Of a stretch of DNA of 64,000 nucleotides, positions 1 to 8,595 are shown one piece after another. The DNA lies in assembly GCA_013816485.1 (NCBI GenBank), contig JACDEI010000003.1, forward strand, positions 77,988-141,987, in the 5' to 3' direction. The stretch comes from Planctomycetota bacterium (GTDB lineage: Bacteria > Planctomycetota > UBA11346). The translations under genes and the position numbers were made by a program. How positions within the stretch are numbered: the first letter of the stretch is position 1; every line of letters starts with the position of its first letter. The notes below the pieces were generated by a model that was not told where the DNA came from, did not search any database, and saw nothing but the letters and a program-made list of their open reading frames with translations.

Positions 1-1
1 G

Positions 2-940
2 ATATGGGTTCCGGTACTCGCCGTCGGACTCATCGTACTGGCGTTTATCGTGAACATCGCTGGCAACAAAATCATCGGCACGGTGTCCAACATCAGCGCG
101 GTGCTCAAGATCGGCGGGTTGCTGGTGTTTGCCGCGATCGCTGTGGCCGCCTCTGGGATCAGTCTGAAGGCCAGCATTATTCCGCCGAGTGGTGACCCGT
201 CGCTGGGGGCTTTTGTCGGCGGTGTTGCGCTGGCCATCCTCGCCTTCAAAGGATTCACCACTATTACCAATGCGGGCGACGAGGTCGCGGATCCGAAAAA
301 AAACGTCGGCCGTGCCATTATTATTTCCTTGGCGGTCTGTCTGGTGGTGTACCTCGCCGTTTGTTACGCAGTGGCATCAAGCCTGACGCTGGATCAGCTC
401 ATTGCGGCAAAAGATTACGCGCTCGCCGAGGCTGCGCGGCCGGCGATGGGTGCATACGGCATGTGGTTCACCGTCGGCATTGCCATCATCGCCACCGCCT
501 CCGGGCTATTGGCCAGCATCTTCGCCGTTTCGCGCATGCTCGCCATGCTCACCGAGATGAAGCTGATCCCACACAGTCACTTCGGCATGCCCGGCAGCAT
601 TCAGCAGCACACCCTAGTCTACACCGTGGTCATCGCCGCTGTCCTCGCGGCAGTGTTCGATCTGTCGCGCATCGCGTCGCTGGGCGCGATCTTTTATTTG
701 CTCATGGACATCACCATTCACTGGGGCGTGCTGCGGCACCTGCACAAAGACGTCGGAGCCAACCGGGCAATTCTCGTCACGGCGATCGGTCTTGATGTCA
801 TCGCGCTGGGCGCATTCCTAGTCGTCAAGGGCTCCTCCGATCCGCTGATCGTCGTGGTCAGCTTGGTATCGATCACTGTGGTCGTGGCGTTTGAACGGTT
901 CTATCTACAAAGACTTCGCACCATGGGAGAGCAGGAATGA
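2..940 (+). CDS. APC-superfamily amino-acid permease, C-terminal part (5' end lies upstream of the window)
   Basis: The frame is open from nt 2, and track ORF 50..940 only begins at an internal GTG. The translation is a run of TM helices (IGGLLVFAAIAVAASG, AIIISLAVCLVVYLAVCYAV, WFTVGIAIIATASGLLASIFAV) with the loop FKGFTTITNAGDEVADPKKNVGRA. About 300 aa is too short for a complete 12-TM permease. Confidence 0.75.
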   Translation: MWVPVLAVGLIVLAFIVNIAGNKIIGTVSNISAVLKIGGLLVFAAIAVAASGISLKASIIPPSGDPSLGAFVGGVALAILAFKGFTTITNAGDEVADPKKNVGRAIIISLAVCLVVYLAVCYAVASSLTLDQLIAAKDYALAEAARPAMGAYGMWFTVGIAIIATASGLLASIFAVSRMLAMLTEMKLIPHSHFGMPGSIQQHTLVYTVVIAAVLAAVFDLSRIASLGAIFYLLMDITIHWGVLRHLHKDVGANRAILVTAIGLDVIALGAFLVVKGSSDPLIVVVSLVSITVVVAFERFYLQRLRTMGEQE

Positions 941-1599
941 TGAGGATAGCGCGAAGACACGAGCATGCCCGAACGCGTGAGTGGCGAGCTCAAAGCCGTG
1001 TTCGCGCGGCACCTGCGGCGATGAGTAGAAACGAGGATCAACGATGAGAACTTCCTGTAGAGGTCGGCCTTTTGAACAGCGAGCGTCACGCGTTGCCTTC
1101 CTTGGTGCTCGACTTCAAGCTGCCGCCAGCGAGCGTGGACATCGCCGCAATCCGTGGGAAGTACCACGAGGCGGTCGGCCGTTCCGTGGCCGAGCAGTGA
1201 ATGCGCAAGGAATGAACCCGGGGAAGCGGGAGGTCCGGATGTCGGTCAGCACCTTGGCTGGCGTGCCATAGGACGCGACTCCGGAGTGGAAGACCGATTG
1301 TAACTGCTCAGGCCTGGGGCCCCATCGCAACCCGATGGGGCGGGCGACCGAGTGGCGGTGGGCGTTAAAATCGGCAAAGCCGATCCGCCCACGGGTGAGG
1401 TGGCGTAGCCGACGAAGCAGAGCCACGACCAAGCCCATGGGGGCAGGCCTGAAAGGCCGCGGGGGCGAAGCCCATGAGCAGATACGACTGATGTACAGCC
1501 AAAAAAACCGTCGTTCGGCTTTCGACCACCAAGCAGGCAATTGGCATGACTTGGACTTGTGTTTTAAGCGTAACGTGAACCACATCTGAAGGAGGAGTC

Positions 1600-1764
1600 A
1601 TGCCTTACGAACAGCCATTTATCCACAAAGCATCAAACGAGCATTTAGCTGACCGCAGAACACCGCGTCCGCATCAATCTTGGTCACCGCTGATCCGAAT
1701 TCTGGCCATCGTCGGCATCGTCGGGTTCATCGTGGCGGTTATCGCAGGCTATTTCTGGTACTAA
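1600..1764 (+). CDS. 54-aa small membrane protein (below the track's length cutoff)
   Basis: ATG at 1600 is preceded by GGAGGAG (1591-1597). Translation: MPYEQPFIHKASNEHLADRRTPRPHQSWSPLIRILAIVGIVGFIVAVIAGYFWY, with a C-terminal TM helix; TAA at 1762-1764. It is the only credible ORF in 941-2183. Confidence 0.45.
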   Translation: MPYEQPFIHKASNEHLADRRTPRPHQSWSPLIRILAIVGIVGFIVAVIAGYFWY

Positions 1765-2134
1765 GGCTCAACTAGCGTCCGTGCAAAAAACACAGGCGGG
1801 GTCCGCGAGCCTTGCAACTCGCACGACGCCGAATGAAAAACGCTCCTTCGGGTGAGCAGTGGGTAGTTGCCGATCAAGGCATGATGTGCAGAAGGCGTCA
1901 TCATAGACACTGACACTGCTGCTACTGCTGCTCGGGGCAAAAGGCGGACGAACGGTGGGCGGGATGTGGGTCGGAACGGTGATTGGATTACTAACATCGT
2001 TTAGCAAAGCGACCAATGGTGGCGTCATCGCTGCAAGCTGGTCGTTTCGAACGCAGACCCGACCGGCGCGCGATGTTCGCACTCGTGGACAACCCGGATG
2101 TGGCCCGGTGGCGGAAGAGTCCCGTACGTGTCCC

Positions 2135-2160
2135 GACAGATGCGACAGATGCGACAGATG
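2135..2160. repeat. Tandem 9-mer GACAGATGC x3 upstream of the eRF1-like gene
   Basis: Read directly: gacagatgc gacagatgc gacagatg. It ends 24 nt before ATG 2184. Confidence 0.85.
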
Positions 2161-2183
2161 ATTACACTACCAAAGGAGAAACG

Positions 2184-3338
2184 ATGACCTCACTCACGAA
2201 AGAATCGCTCACCGAACTTGTGGGCCCTCAATCGGCACCGTGTCTGTCACTGTACCAGCCGACGCATCGACGGCATCCAGAGAACCAGCAGGACCCGATA
2301 CGGTTTCGCAACCTCGTGCAGGAGCTCGAAGCATCGCTCCTACAGGCCTATCCTGAGAGCGCGACGCGATTGCTGCTGAAGCCATTCCACGCACTCGCGA
2401 ACGACCACGACTTCTGGAACCAGACGCTCGACGGACTAGCGCTACTGGGCACGCCGGACCTCTTTCGCGTGTTCCGCCTGCCACGTCCGGTCACCGAATT
2501 GGTGGTCGTGGCGGACAGCTTTCACCTCAAACCGTTGTGGCAGTTCCTCCAGTCGATCGAGCGCTATCACGTGCTCGGGTTGAGTCGCCACAAGATTCAA
2601 CTTTTCGAAGGGAATCGCGACGCCCTGGGAGAGGTCGAGCTGGCAGCCGGGGTGCCGCGCACAATCACCGACGCGCTCGGCTCGGAGCTCACCGAGCCGC
2701 ACCTGACGGTCACATCCCACGGGGGCGTTGGCGGATCGGGCAACGCGACGATGCACCATGGCCACGGCGGAAAGACCGACGAGGTAGACATCGACGCGAA
2801 TAGATTCTTCCGCTCAATTGACCGGGCGGTGCTGGAGCACCACTCGCGTCCCACCGGCCTGCCGCTGATCTTGGCAGCGCTACCGGAGCATCACCATCGT
2901 TTCCGCAGCGTCAGTCAGAATCCATTTCTGCTATCCGAAGGGATCACGGTCAATCCTGATGCCGTGACGAACGAAAAACTGCAAACGCTCGCTTGGCAGG
3001 TTGTCGAGCCGCAGTACGAGGCGCGCATCGCAACGCTGAAGAACGACTTCGAGCAAGCCAGTGCGACCGGGCGCGGCAGCGACAATCTACAGCAGATCGC
3101 CGAAGCCGCTGCCTCAGGGCGCATCGCCACGCTATTCATCGAGGCTGATCGTCCGATCGCTGGTCACCTCGATGAAGGGACCAAGAAGGTCGTCGGCGGT
3201 GCGCTGAGTAACCCACGAGTCGATGACGTGCTCGATGACCTGGGCGATCTAGTTGGCAAGAAGGGTGGCGAGGTCTTCGTCATTCCAGCGGCGAAGATGC
3301 CCACGCGCAAAGGCGCAGCCGCAATCTATCGCTACTGA
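2184..3338 (+). CDS. eRF1/Pelota-like protein (bacterial aeRF1-superfamily, 'baeRF'-type), 384 aa
   Basis: ATG 2184 lies behind AAAGGAGAA and is in frame with track ORF 2016..3338. The C-terminus (SGRIATLFIEAD...GGEVFVIPAAKMPTRKGAAAIYRY) resembles the end of eRF1/Pelota domain 3 (...GIAAILRY). The central HGHGGKTDEVDIDANRFFRSIDRAV resembles the GGQ loop plus following helix, but without the Q. Confidence 0.6.
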   Translation: MTSLTKESLTELVGPQSAPCLSLYQPTHRRHPENQQDPIRFRNLVQELEASLLQAYPESATRLLLKPFHALANDHDFWNQTLDGLALLGTPDLFRVFRLPRPVTELVVVADSFHLKPLWQFLQSIERYHVLGLSRHKIQLFEGNRDALGEVELAAGVPRTITDALGSELTEPHLTVTSHGGVGGSGNATMHHGHGGKTDEVDIDANRFFRSIDRAVLEHHSRPTGLPLILAALPEHHHRFRSVSQNPFLLSEGITVNPDAVTNEKLQTLAWQVVEPQYEARIATLKNDFEQASATGRGSDNLQQIAEAAASGRIATLFIEADRPIAGHLDEGTKKVVGGALSNPRVDDVLDDLGDLVGKKGGEVFVIPAAKMPTRKGAAAIYRY

Positions 3339-3340
3339 CC

Positions 3341-3400
3341 CAGCTCAATTCAACTCAACTCAGCTCAGTTCAGCTCAGCTCAACTCAACTCAACTCAACT
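3341..3400. repeat. Pentamer array (CARYT)x12 followed by A8, in the hpf leader
   Basis: cagct caatt caact caact cagct cagtt cagct cagct caact caact caact caact, then aaaaaaaa (3401-3408), AGGAG (3409-3413) and ATG 3421. Confidence 0.9.
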
Positions 3401-3420
3401 AAAAAAAAGGAGCAAGACTC

Positions 3421-3738
3421 ATGAAAATTCAAGTCAACACCGACAAGAACATTGCAGGGCACGAGGAACTCGTTGCCCAAGTAGAGGCTACGGTCAACAA
3501 ATCACTGAGCCGCTTCAGTGCGCACATCACGCGCGTGGAAGTTCATCTGAGCGACGAAAATGGCGATAAGAATGGCCAGAAGGACAAGCGGTGCGTAATG
3601 GAAGCCCGCCTTGAGGGGCGGCAGCCCACTGCGGTGACGTGCGAGGCGGCGACCCTGGCCCAGGCTGTCGCCGGGGCGGCGGACAAGTTGAAGAGCTCTA
3701 TCGAGAGCACGGTGGAGCAGCTCCGTGAGCATCGCTAG
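3421..3738 (+). CDS. hpf: Ribosome hibernation promoting factor / RaiA family, short form (105 aa)
   Basis: MKIQVNTDKNIAGHEELVAQVEATVNKSLSRFSAHITRVEVHLSDENG... has the length and beta-alpha-beta pattern of S30AE/HPF proteins. A strong SD precedes the ATG. Confidence 0.85.
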   Translation: MKIQVNTDKNIAGHEELVAQVEATVNKSLSRFSAHITRVEVHLSDENGDKNGQKDKRCVMEARLEGRQPTAVTCEAATLAQAVAGAADKLKSSIESTVEQLREHR

Positions 3739-3934
3739 CGTGTTGCGATGCTTTCCAAGAGCCCCCAATGCTCACGAAGAACAAGACCCATATTCGGCAC
3801 CGCTTGTCCGGCGAGCACAGCAGCGAGCGCGCTGTCACTAACAGCAGCCCGCCAGGTTGGGCGCGGCCTCGGTCACGGGACATTTTTAGGCTAGGCGTGG
3901 TCGCAGGAACTTGAAAAAAAAAGAGGACGCCGTT

Positions 3935-5827
3935 ATGGACCCTGATCACGAGCATCTGAGCGAGTGGGCAAGGATGAGCCGTCGCGGTTTCCTGTCTGCG
4001 GCCACGATCGCAGCGCTGACTGGGTGCAGTGGTTTGCGCACGACCCGATCCGGGGCTCCTCCGGTCGCCGGGAACTTCAGTGAGCTCGACGCTACCGGCG
4101 AAGGGGGGATCGATCTGGTACTGGAGCGCGGCCCGCTGCAGATCGGCGGCGGAATCGGGAACGCGATCACCGTCAATGGGTCGGTGCCTGGCCCGGTGAT
4201 TCGCATGACTGAGGGCAAAGAAGCGGTGATCCGCGTCCACAATCGGATGGGCGAATCGACCTCGATCCACTGGCACGGGATCCTGCTGCCATTCACCATG
4301 GATGGTGTGCCTGGGATCAGCTTCGCCGGCATTCCAGCCGGCGAGACTTTCACCTATCGCTTCCGCGTGCGTCAGAACGGGACCTACTGGTATCACAGCC
4401 ACAGTGGCATGCAGGAGCAACTGGGTTTGTACGGCCAATTAATTGTCGTGCCGGCCGGCCCCGATCCGGTTGCGGCCGACGTCGAGCGCACGGTGGTTCT
4501 CTCCGACTGGACTTTCGAGGACCCCCACGCGGTCATGCGCAAGCTCAAGACCATGGAGGGCTACTACAACTTTCAGCGTCCGACCCTCGCCAATCTCGGC
4601 CAGGAGATGGAGATCCGGGGCATGGACCTGGGCGGGGTGCTGGCATCGCGCGTCGCGTGGAACCGGATGCGGATGGATGAGAGCGATATTTCGGATGTCA
4701 CCGGGGCGACCTACAAATATCTGATCAACGGCCGCACGGCGGACGAAAATCCCCACATCCGGGCCGAACCTAGTCAGCGCGTGCGCCTGCGGATAGTCAA
4801 CGCCTCGGCCATGACTTTTTACGATGTTCGCCTTCCTGGACTGCCGATGACGGTGGTCCAGGCCGATGGTCAAAACGTTCGCCCGGTGGAGGTCGACGAG
4901 CTGCGGATCGCGGTCGCTGAAACCTATGATGTGCTGGTGACGATGCCGCCGGATCGTGCGGTCACCCTGTTCGCCGAAGCGATGGACCGCAGCGGCTACG
5001 CCCGTGCCACCCTCGCCCCGACATCGGCCGTTGAGGCAGAGGTCCCCGAACGGCGCCTGCGCCCGCTGCTGACGATGGCCGATATGGGAATGCTCCACGG
5101 CGCTGGTGGCCACGCCGGGATGGCAGGCATGGGCGACCACGATTCCCAGGGTGGAATGGCAGGTATGGCCAAGCACGCCGATCACGCGGGGATGGATCAT
5201 ACTGCAGCTGGAGCAGGTGCCCACGCTGCGCAGGGAGCGACATTGGCGGTGACTGGCCTTCCCGATCGGCGCCAACATGGGCCGGCAGATCATGGTCCGG
5301 GCAGCATCACCATGGGGCACAGCATGGCCTACCGGCGGCTTGATAATCCCGGCCTGGGCCTGGGTGATGATGGTCGTCGGGTCCTGACCTATAAGCACCT
5401 GCGTTGCCTGACGACGCCCGCTGACCGGCGCGCGCCGACGCGTGAAATCGATATGCATCTGACCGGGAATATGCACCAATACATCTGGGGCTTCGACGGC
5501 AAGAAATGGTCCGAAGCGGAGGTGCTGCGCTTCCGCTACGGTGAGCGACTGCGGATCAACTTCATCAACGATACGATGATGAATCATCCGCTGCATCTCC
5601 ACGGGATGTGGATGGATCTGTATGCCGGTCACGCCTACGGCGAGAACCCCCGCAAGCACACCGTCAACATTCAGCCGGCCGAACTGGTCACCGTCGACAT
5701 CAGCGCTGATGCGCCGGGCCAATGGGCCTTCCACTGCCACCTGCTGTACCACATGGAGATGGGGATGTTCCGCACCGTGGCGGTGGTCCGGTCCGTGACC
5801 GAGGGGGTGGCCAATGCGGATCACTGA
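3935..5827 (+). CDS. copA: Copper-resistance multicopper oxidase (CopA/PcoA type), Tat-exported
   Basis: Twin-arginine signal MSRRGFLSAATIAALTG. Copper-site motifs HWHG, HSH, HPLHLHG and HCHLLYHMEMGM are present, plus a Met/His-rich insert (MLHGAGGHAGMAGMGDHDSQGGMAGMAKHADHAGMDH). ATG 3935 lies behind AGAGGA; the track start at 3911 is a TTG. Confidence 0.9.
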   Translation: MDPDHEHLSEWARMSRRGFLSAATIAALTGCSGLRTTRSGAPPVAGNFSELDATGEGGIDLVLERGPLQIGGGIGNAITVNGSVPGPVIRMTEGKEAVIRVHNRMGESTSIHWHGILLPFTMDGVPGISFAGIPAGETFTYRFRVRQNGTYWYHSHSGMQEQLGLYGQLIVVPAGPDPVAADVERTVVLSDWTFEDPHAVMRKLKTMEGYYNFQRPTLANLGQEMEIRGMDLGGVLASRVAWNRMRMDESDISDVTGATYKYLINGRTADENPHIRAEPSQRVRLRIVNASAMTFYDVRLPGLPMTVVQADGQNVRPVEVDELRIAVAETYDVLVTMPPDRAVTLFAEAMDRSGYARATLAPTSAVEAEVPERRLRPLLTMADMGMLHGAGGHAGMAGMGDHDSQGGMAGMAKHADHAGMDHTAAGAGAHAAQGATLAVTGLPDRRQHGPADHGPGSITMGHSMAYRRLDNPGLGLGDDGRRVLTYKHLRCLTTPADRRAPTREIDMHLTGNMHQYIWGFDGKKWSEAEVLRFRYGERLRINFINDTMMNHPLHLHGMWMDLYAGHAYGENPRKHTVNIQPAELVTVDISADAPGQWAFHCHLLYHMEMGMFRTVAVVRSVTEGVANADH

Positions 5828-6701
5828 CGTGTGGCCGACCCACGTGGCCGTGGCTTGGCTGCTGGCCGTTGGGCTTCCGGCTGCGGAAGCCGCGGAAGAA
5901 GGGGTACCGAGGGATCACGCCCATCACCCATCAGGGGCGGAAGAGGCCGAACCGGTCGGTCCAAAGCTGCCGCAGGGTATGACGCTGGACGAGGTGCTCG
6001 ATCGCGCGGCCCAAGCGCCTCCCGACGGCTTCCCCGACGCGATTAATGATAATGCGATCTTCTCCTACGCAGTGCTCGACCAGTTCGAATATCGGGTCCC
6101 CAACCACGGGGACGAGCGCCTCGGGTGGGAAGGAATGGCGTGGATCGGCTACGATTACGACAGGCTCTGGATTAAGCACGAGGGTGAACGGTCGGTGGAA
6201 GGCTCAGAGCACGGCGAGACGGAAACCGATCTGCGCTACTCGCGATTGGTGACCGCCTTCTGGCACGCCCAGGGCGGAGTACGCTACGCCAACGAGTGGG
6301 CGGATGACGTTTACGCGGACACCTGGTCTGCCGTGATCGCACTGCAGGGCGTGGTGCCCTACATGGTCGAGGTCGATACCTCGCTGGCGCTCTCGGAAGA
6401 TGGTGACCTGTGGTTTGAAGCTGAGGGGGAATACGACCTGCGCGTGACGCAGCGCTTGGTTCTCCAGCCTCGGGCAGAGTTTTCCCTGTTCGCCCAGGAC
6501 ATTCCCGAGCGACGGGTGGGCGCTGGGCTCGGGCCTGTCGACGTGGACCTGCGCCTGCGCTACGAGGTCACGCGTCGTTTCGCGCCCTACCTGGGCATAC
6601 GCTACCACGTCACGGTGGGTGAGACCGCCGATCTGGTGGAGGCCGCAGGTGAGGAAACCGAGCAACTGGTTTTCCTTGGTGGTCTGCGGATCGCGTGGTG
6701 A
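5814..6701 (+). CDS. copB: Copper resistance protein B (outer-membrane CopB/PcoB family)
   Basis: It overlaps the copA stop by 14 nt and has a signal peptide. The C-terminal beta-barrel signature is VDVDLRLRYEVTRRFAPYLGIRYH...LGGLRIAW. Confidence 0.85.
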   Translation: MRITDVWPTHVAVAWLLAVGLPAAEAAEEGVPRDHAHHPSGAEEAEPVGPKLPQGMTLDEVLDRAAQAPPDGFPDAINDNAIFSYAVLDQFEYRVPNHGDERLGWEGMAWIGYDYDRLWIKHEGERSVEGSEHGETETDLRYSRLVTAFWHAQGGVRYANEWADDVYADTWSAVIALQGVVPYMVEVDTSLALSEDGDLWFEAEGEYDLRVTQRLVLQPRAEFSLFAQDIPERRVGAGLGPVDVDLRLRYEVTRRFAPYLGIRYHVTVGETADLVEAAGEETEQLVFLGGLRIAW

Positions 6702-6773
6702 GGCGTGGTGAGGTAAGTGTCCGATTCGACGACTGATACCAATCCGCGATCTATGACCCTCTCACGGGGAGAA

Positions 6774-6851
6774 TTAACCGCCGAGGGCACCGAGCACGCC
6801 GAGACGGACCGCACGGTATTTCTCGGTGTGCTCGGTGCCCTCGGCGGTTAA
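6774..6851. repeat. Long perfect hairpin downstream of copB (terminator-like palindrome)
   Basis: TTAACCGCCGAGGGCACCGAGCAC (6774-6797) pairs with GTGCTCGGTGCCCTCGGCGGTTAA (6828-6851), a perfect 24-bp stem. An inner CCGAGA/TCTCGG pairing is also present. Confidence 0.85.
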
Positions 6852-7150
6852 ATTAAATCGCCTTCCTGCATTCGTAGTCTTTTGATCACGTATTGGTATG
6901 ACGTCCGGACAGCGGAAAGGACTGCTCGTCGACCGGACGGAATGGTAATCCAGTAATCCATGGGCCATAGACCCCATGGATCATCATCTTGGTGGTAAGC
7001 ATGCGTCTTGATCGAACATGCATCGCAGCGTCGAATTCATCACCTCGACTGGCTGCCTGACTGGGCTCAAACCAAGAAAGTTTTTCACCCCCGGTGACGA
7101 GGATTTGCAGATTTTAACGTGTGAGTTCGCCTCTTCAGCACGGTTGTGGT

Positions 7151-7648
7151 TCAGTATTGGTTCTCCAAGCGTCGGGCGGTGACAAGATCCTTTTCGATCG
7201 CATCCAAGACTTTGACTGCGAAGGCCTTAATATCGTCATCTGTGCCGCCGTCTCGCAAGTCCTTGAGACGGCTGATAGCGTGCGTGTGGCTCTGAATCCG
7301 ATCTTCTAAGTACTGCTCACTAATTTCAGAATTTGGAGTCGTGAACAGAAAAAACAGCTCTTTCAACTCTTGGTCGGTCAATTTGGAAGGGACGGCGACC
7401 TGTTTGCTTTCGGCCAACTTTTTCAAGATTTCGACTGCCGCACTATGCTCCCGAATCAGTTCCTGGGCATAGGCACGCAGGTCTGAAAGCAGTGAATGTT
7501 CTAGTACCATCTCCGCAGCTTTCACTTCCCGGAGATTGTAAGACATCGCCTGCTTGAGAAAACTGACCTCCTGTTGCGTCAGAGATGTTTCGGATTCAGC
7601 GGCCGATAACGCCATCAGCGGCAAGAGGATCAGGACGGCATAACGCAT
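7151..7648 (-). CDS. DUF4142-like secreted protein (165 aa) in a low-GC islet
   Basis: Start ATG at 7648 lies behind GGAGG. Signal peptide MRYAVLILLPLMALSAAES. The helical pattern EVSFLKQAMSYNLREVKAAEMVLEH...LRAYAQELIREHSAAVEILKKLA fits DUF4142. The 75 upstream codons of the track ORF are not supported. Confidence 0.7.
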   Translation of the reverse strand: MRYAVLILLPLMALSAAESETSLTQQEVSFLKQAMSYNLREVKAAEMVLEHSLLSDLRAYAQELIREHSAAVEILKKLAESKQVAVPSKLTDQELKELFFLFTTPNSEISEQYLEDRIQSHTHAISRLKDLRDGGTDDDIKAFAVKVLDAIEKDLVTARRLENQY

Positions 7649-8404
7649 GGGAGCCTCCAAAGCAGAAAGCAACGGAAAAGCGGTGGATGAGCACTTGTCA
7701 GCACTCACCAGTGGCACGGCTGACATTGATAATTTCAGCGACAAGTGTGCCAGTTGCGCCCTCGCTGGTGTGGGAGAGAGCTTGAGGGACGGCAAATTTC
7801 CGGTCAGGGCCAATACAGGGCATAGTGCGCCGGTAAAAGCCGGCCTGAAACCGGGGTGCAAGTCCCTCGCCACCGCAAGGCGTAGCGAACTACGCTGACC
7901 GCGAGTGATGCGTCAGCAGATGCTGCCCAGCTGCCCGTAACGGTGAGATCCCTGATCATGCAGTATGCATGGTCCCAGGGCACGTGATCCGTTCGTTTGC
8001 ATGGTTCAACATCTACGAAAGCGATGGCTAGCTGAATCCAGGCAGTGGATTACATCTTTATCAGGTGATGAGAACCGACGCTAAGAACGAATAGTCTCTC
8101 GTCATCTGTTGGAGATGTGATCGCATTCGGCCTGGCCGTAGTTGGCATGAATGACGCTCCCAGTCCCCGCCTGACTAGGACGAGCCTTGAACATCCCGCT
8201 CAATGAGAAAAGTCTACGGCACCTGCAGGGGAGAGTTACTTTTGCGGTGAAACCTGCCGCAAGAAGTTCATTGATCAGCCAGCCGGGGAAAAGTTAGGGT
8301 CGGGTGAAACAAGGCTGCTGTCGTTGATCCGGTGCCGGTCAGGAATATCTGAGGAATCATCGTAGCGGTGATTCTTCCACACGTTTAAAACCAACAAGAG
8401 GAGC

Positions 8405-8542
8405 ATGACCATGAACCATGACAGCGGATGGATGAATGGCGGCGGATGGATGGGTGGTGGTGGGATGTGGGTATGGGGGGTGATGGGTATAGCCATCGTC
8501 ATCCTGCTCATCGTCGTGGTGAGCAAGCGATTCAAGAAATGA
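8405..8542 (+). CDS. 45-aa Gly/Trp/Met-rich membrane peptide upstream of the Cu-ATPase
   Basis: ATG 8405 lies behind GAGGAG. Translation: MTMNHDSGWMNGGGWMGGGGMWVWGVMGIAIVILLIVVVSKRFKK; TGA at 8540-8542. The track instead lists antisense ORF 8275..8535. Confidence 0.5.
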   Translation: MTMNHDSGWMNGGGWMGGGGMWVWGVMGIAIVILLIVVVSKRFKK

Positions 8543-8595
8543 GCGTGCGCTCAGGTAAGTCCCACGCAGTGCCAAGCAAAAGATAGGCTAAGCAG

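Noticed and set aside
941-1599. Tested by eye as RNase P RNA, tmRNA, SRP RNA, cobalamin riboswitch, or group II intron (5' GUGYG, domain V).
   Set aside because: None of the diagnostic motifs is present on either strand (GGAAAGUCCGG/P4, the tmRNA tag ORF plus T-arm, the B12 box GCCACUG, or a domain V hairpin with a GNRA loop). The region is kept only as an unexplained region.
1619-1627. Perfect DnaA box TTATCCACA.
   Set aside because: It is a single occurrence, inside a small ORF and 20 kb from dnaA. One hit in 128 kb of two-strand sequence is close to chance, and no cluster or AT-rich unwinding region lies nearby.
4439-5824. 461-aa minus-strand ORF opposite copA. Similar long antisense ORFs are 10840..12006 (-), 12186..13673 (-), 18009..19280 (-), 23695..24729 (+), 27926..29044 (+), 28486..29631 (+), 34461..35468 (+) and 35762..37462 (+).
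   Set aside because: Each lies opposite a gene with clear family motifs, and each has the Arg/Gly/His-rich composition typical of non-coding frames in high-GC DNA.
8275-8535. 86-aa minus-strand ORF with a PPPPIHPPPFIHP motif.
   Set aside because: It is the antisense reading of the Gly/Trp/Met-rich plus-strand mini-ORF, which has a proper SD, ATG and TM helix. The minus ORF has no start context.
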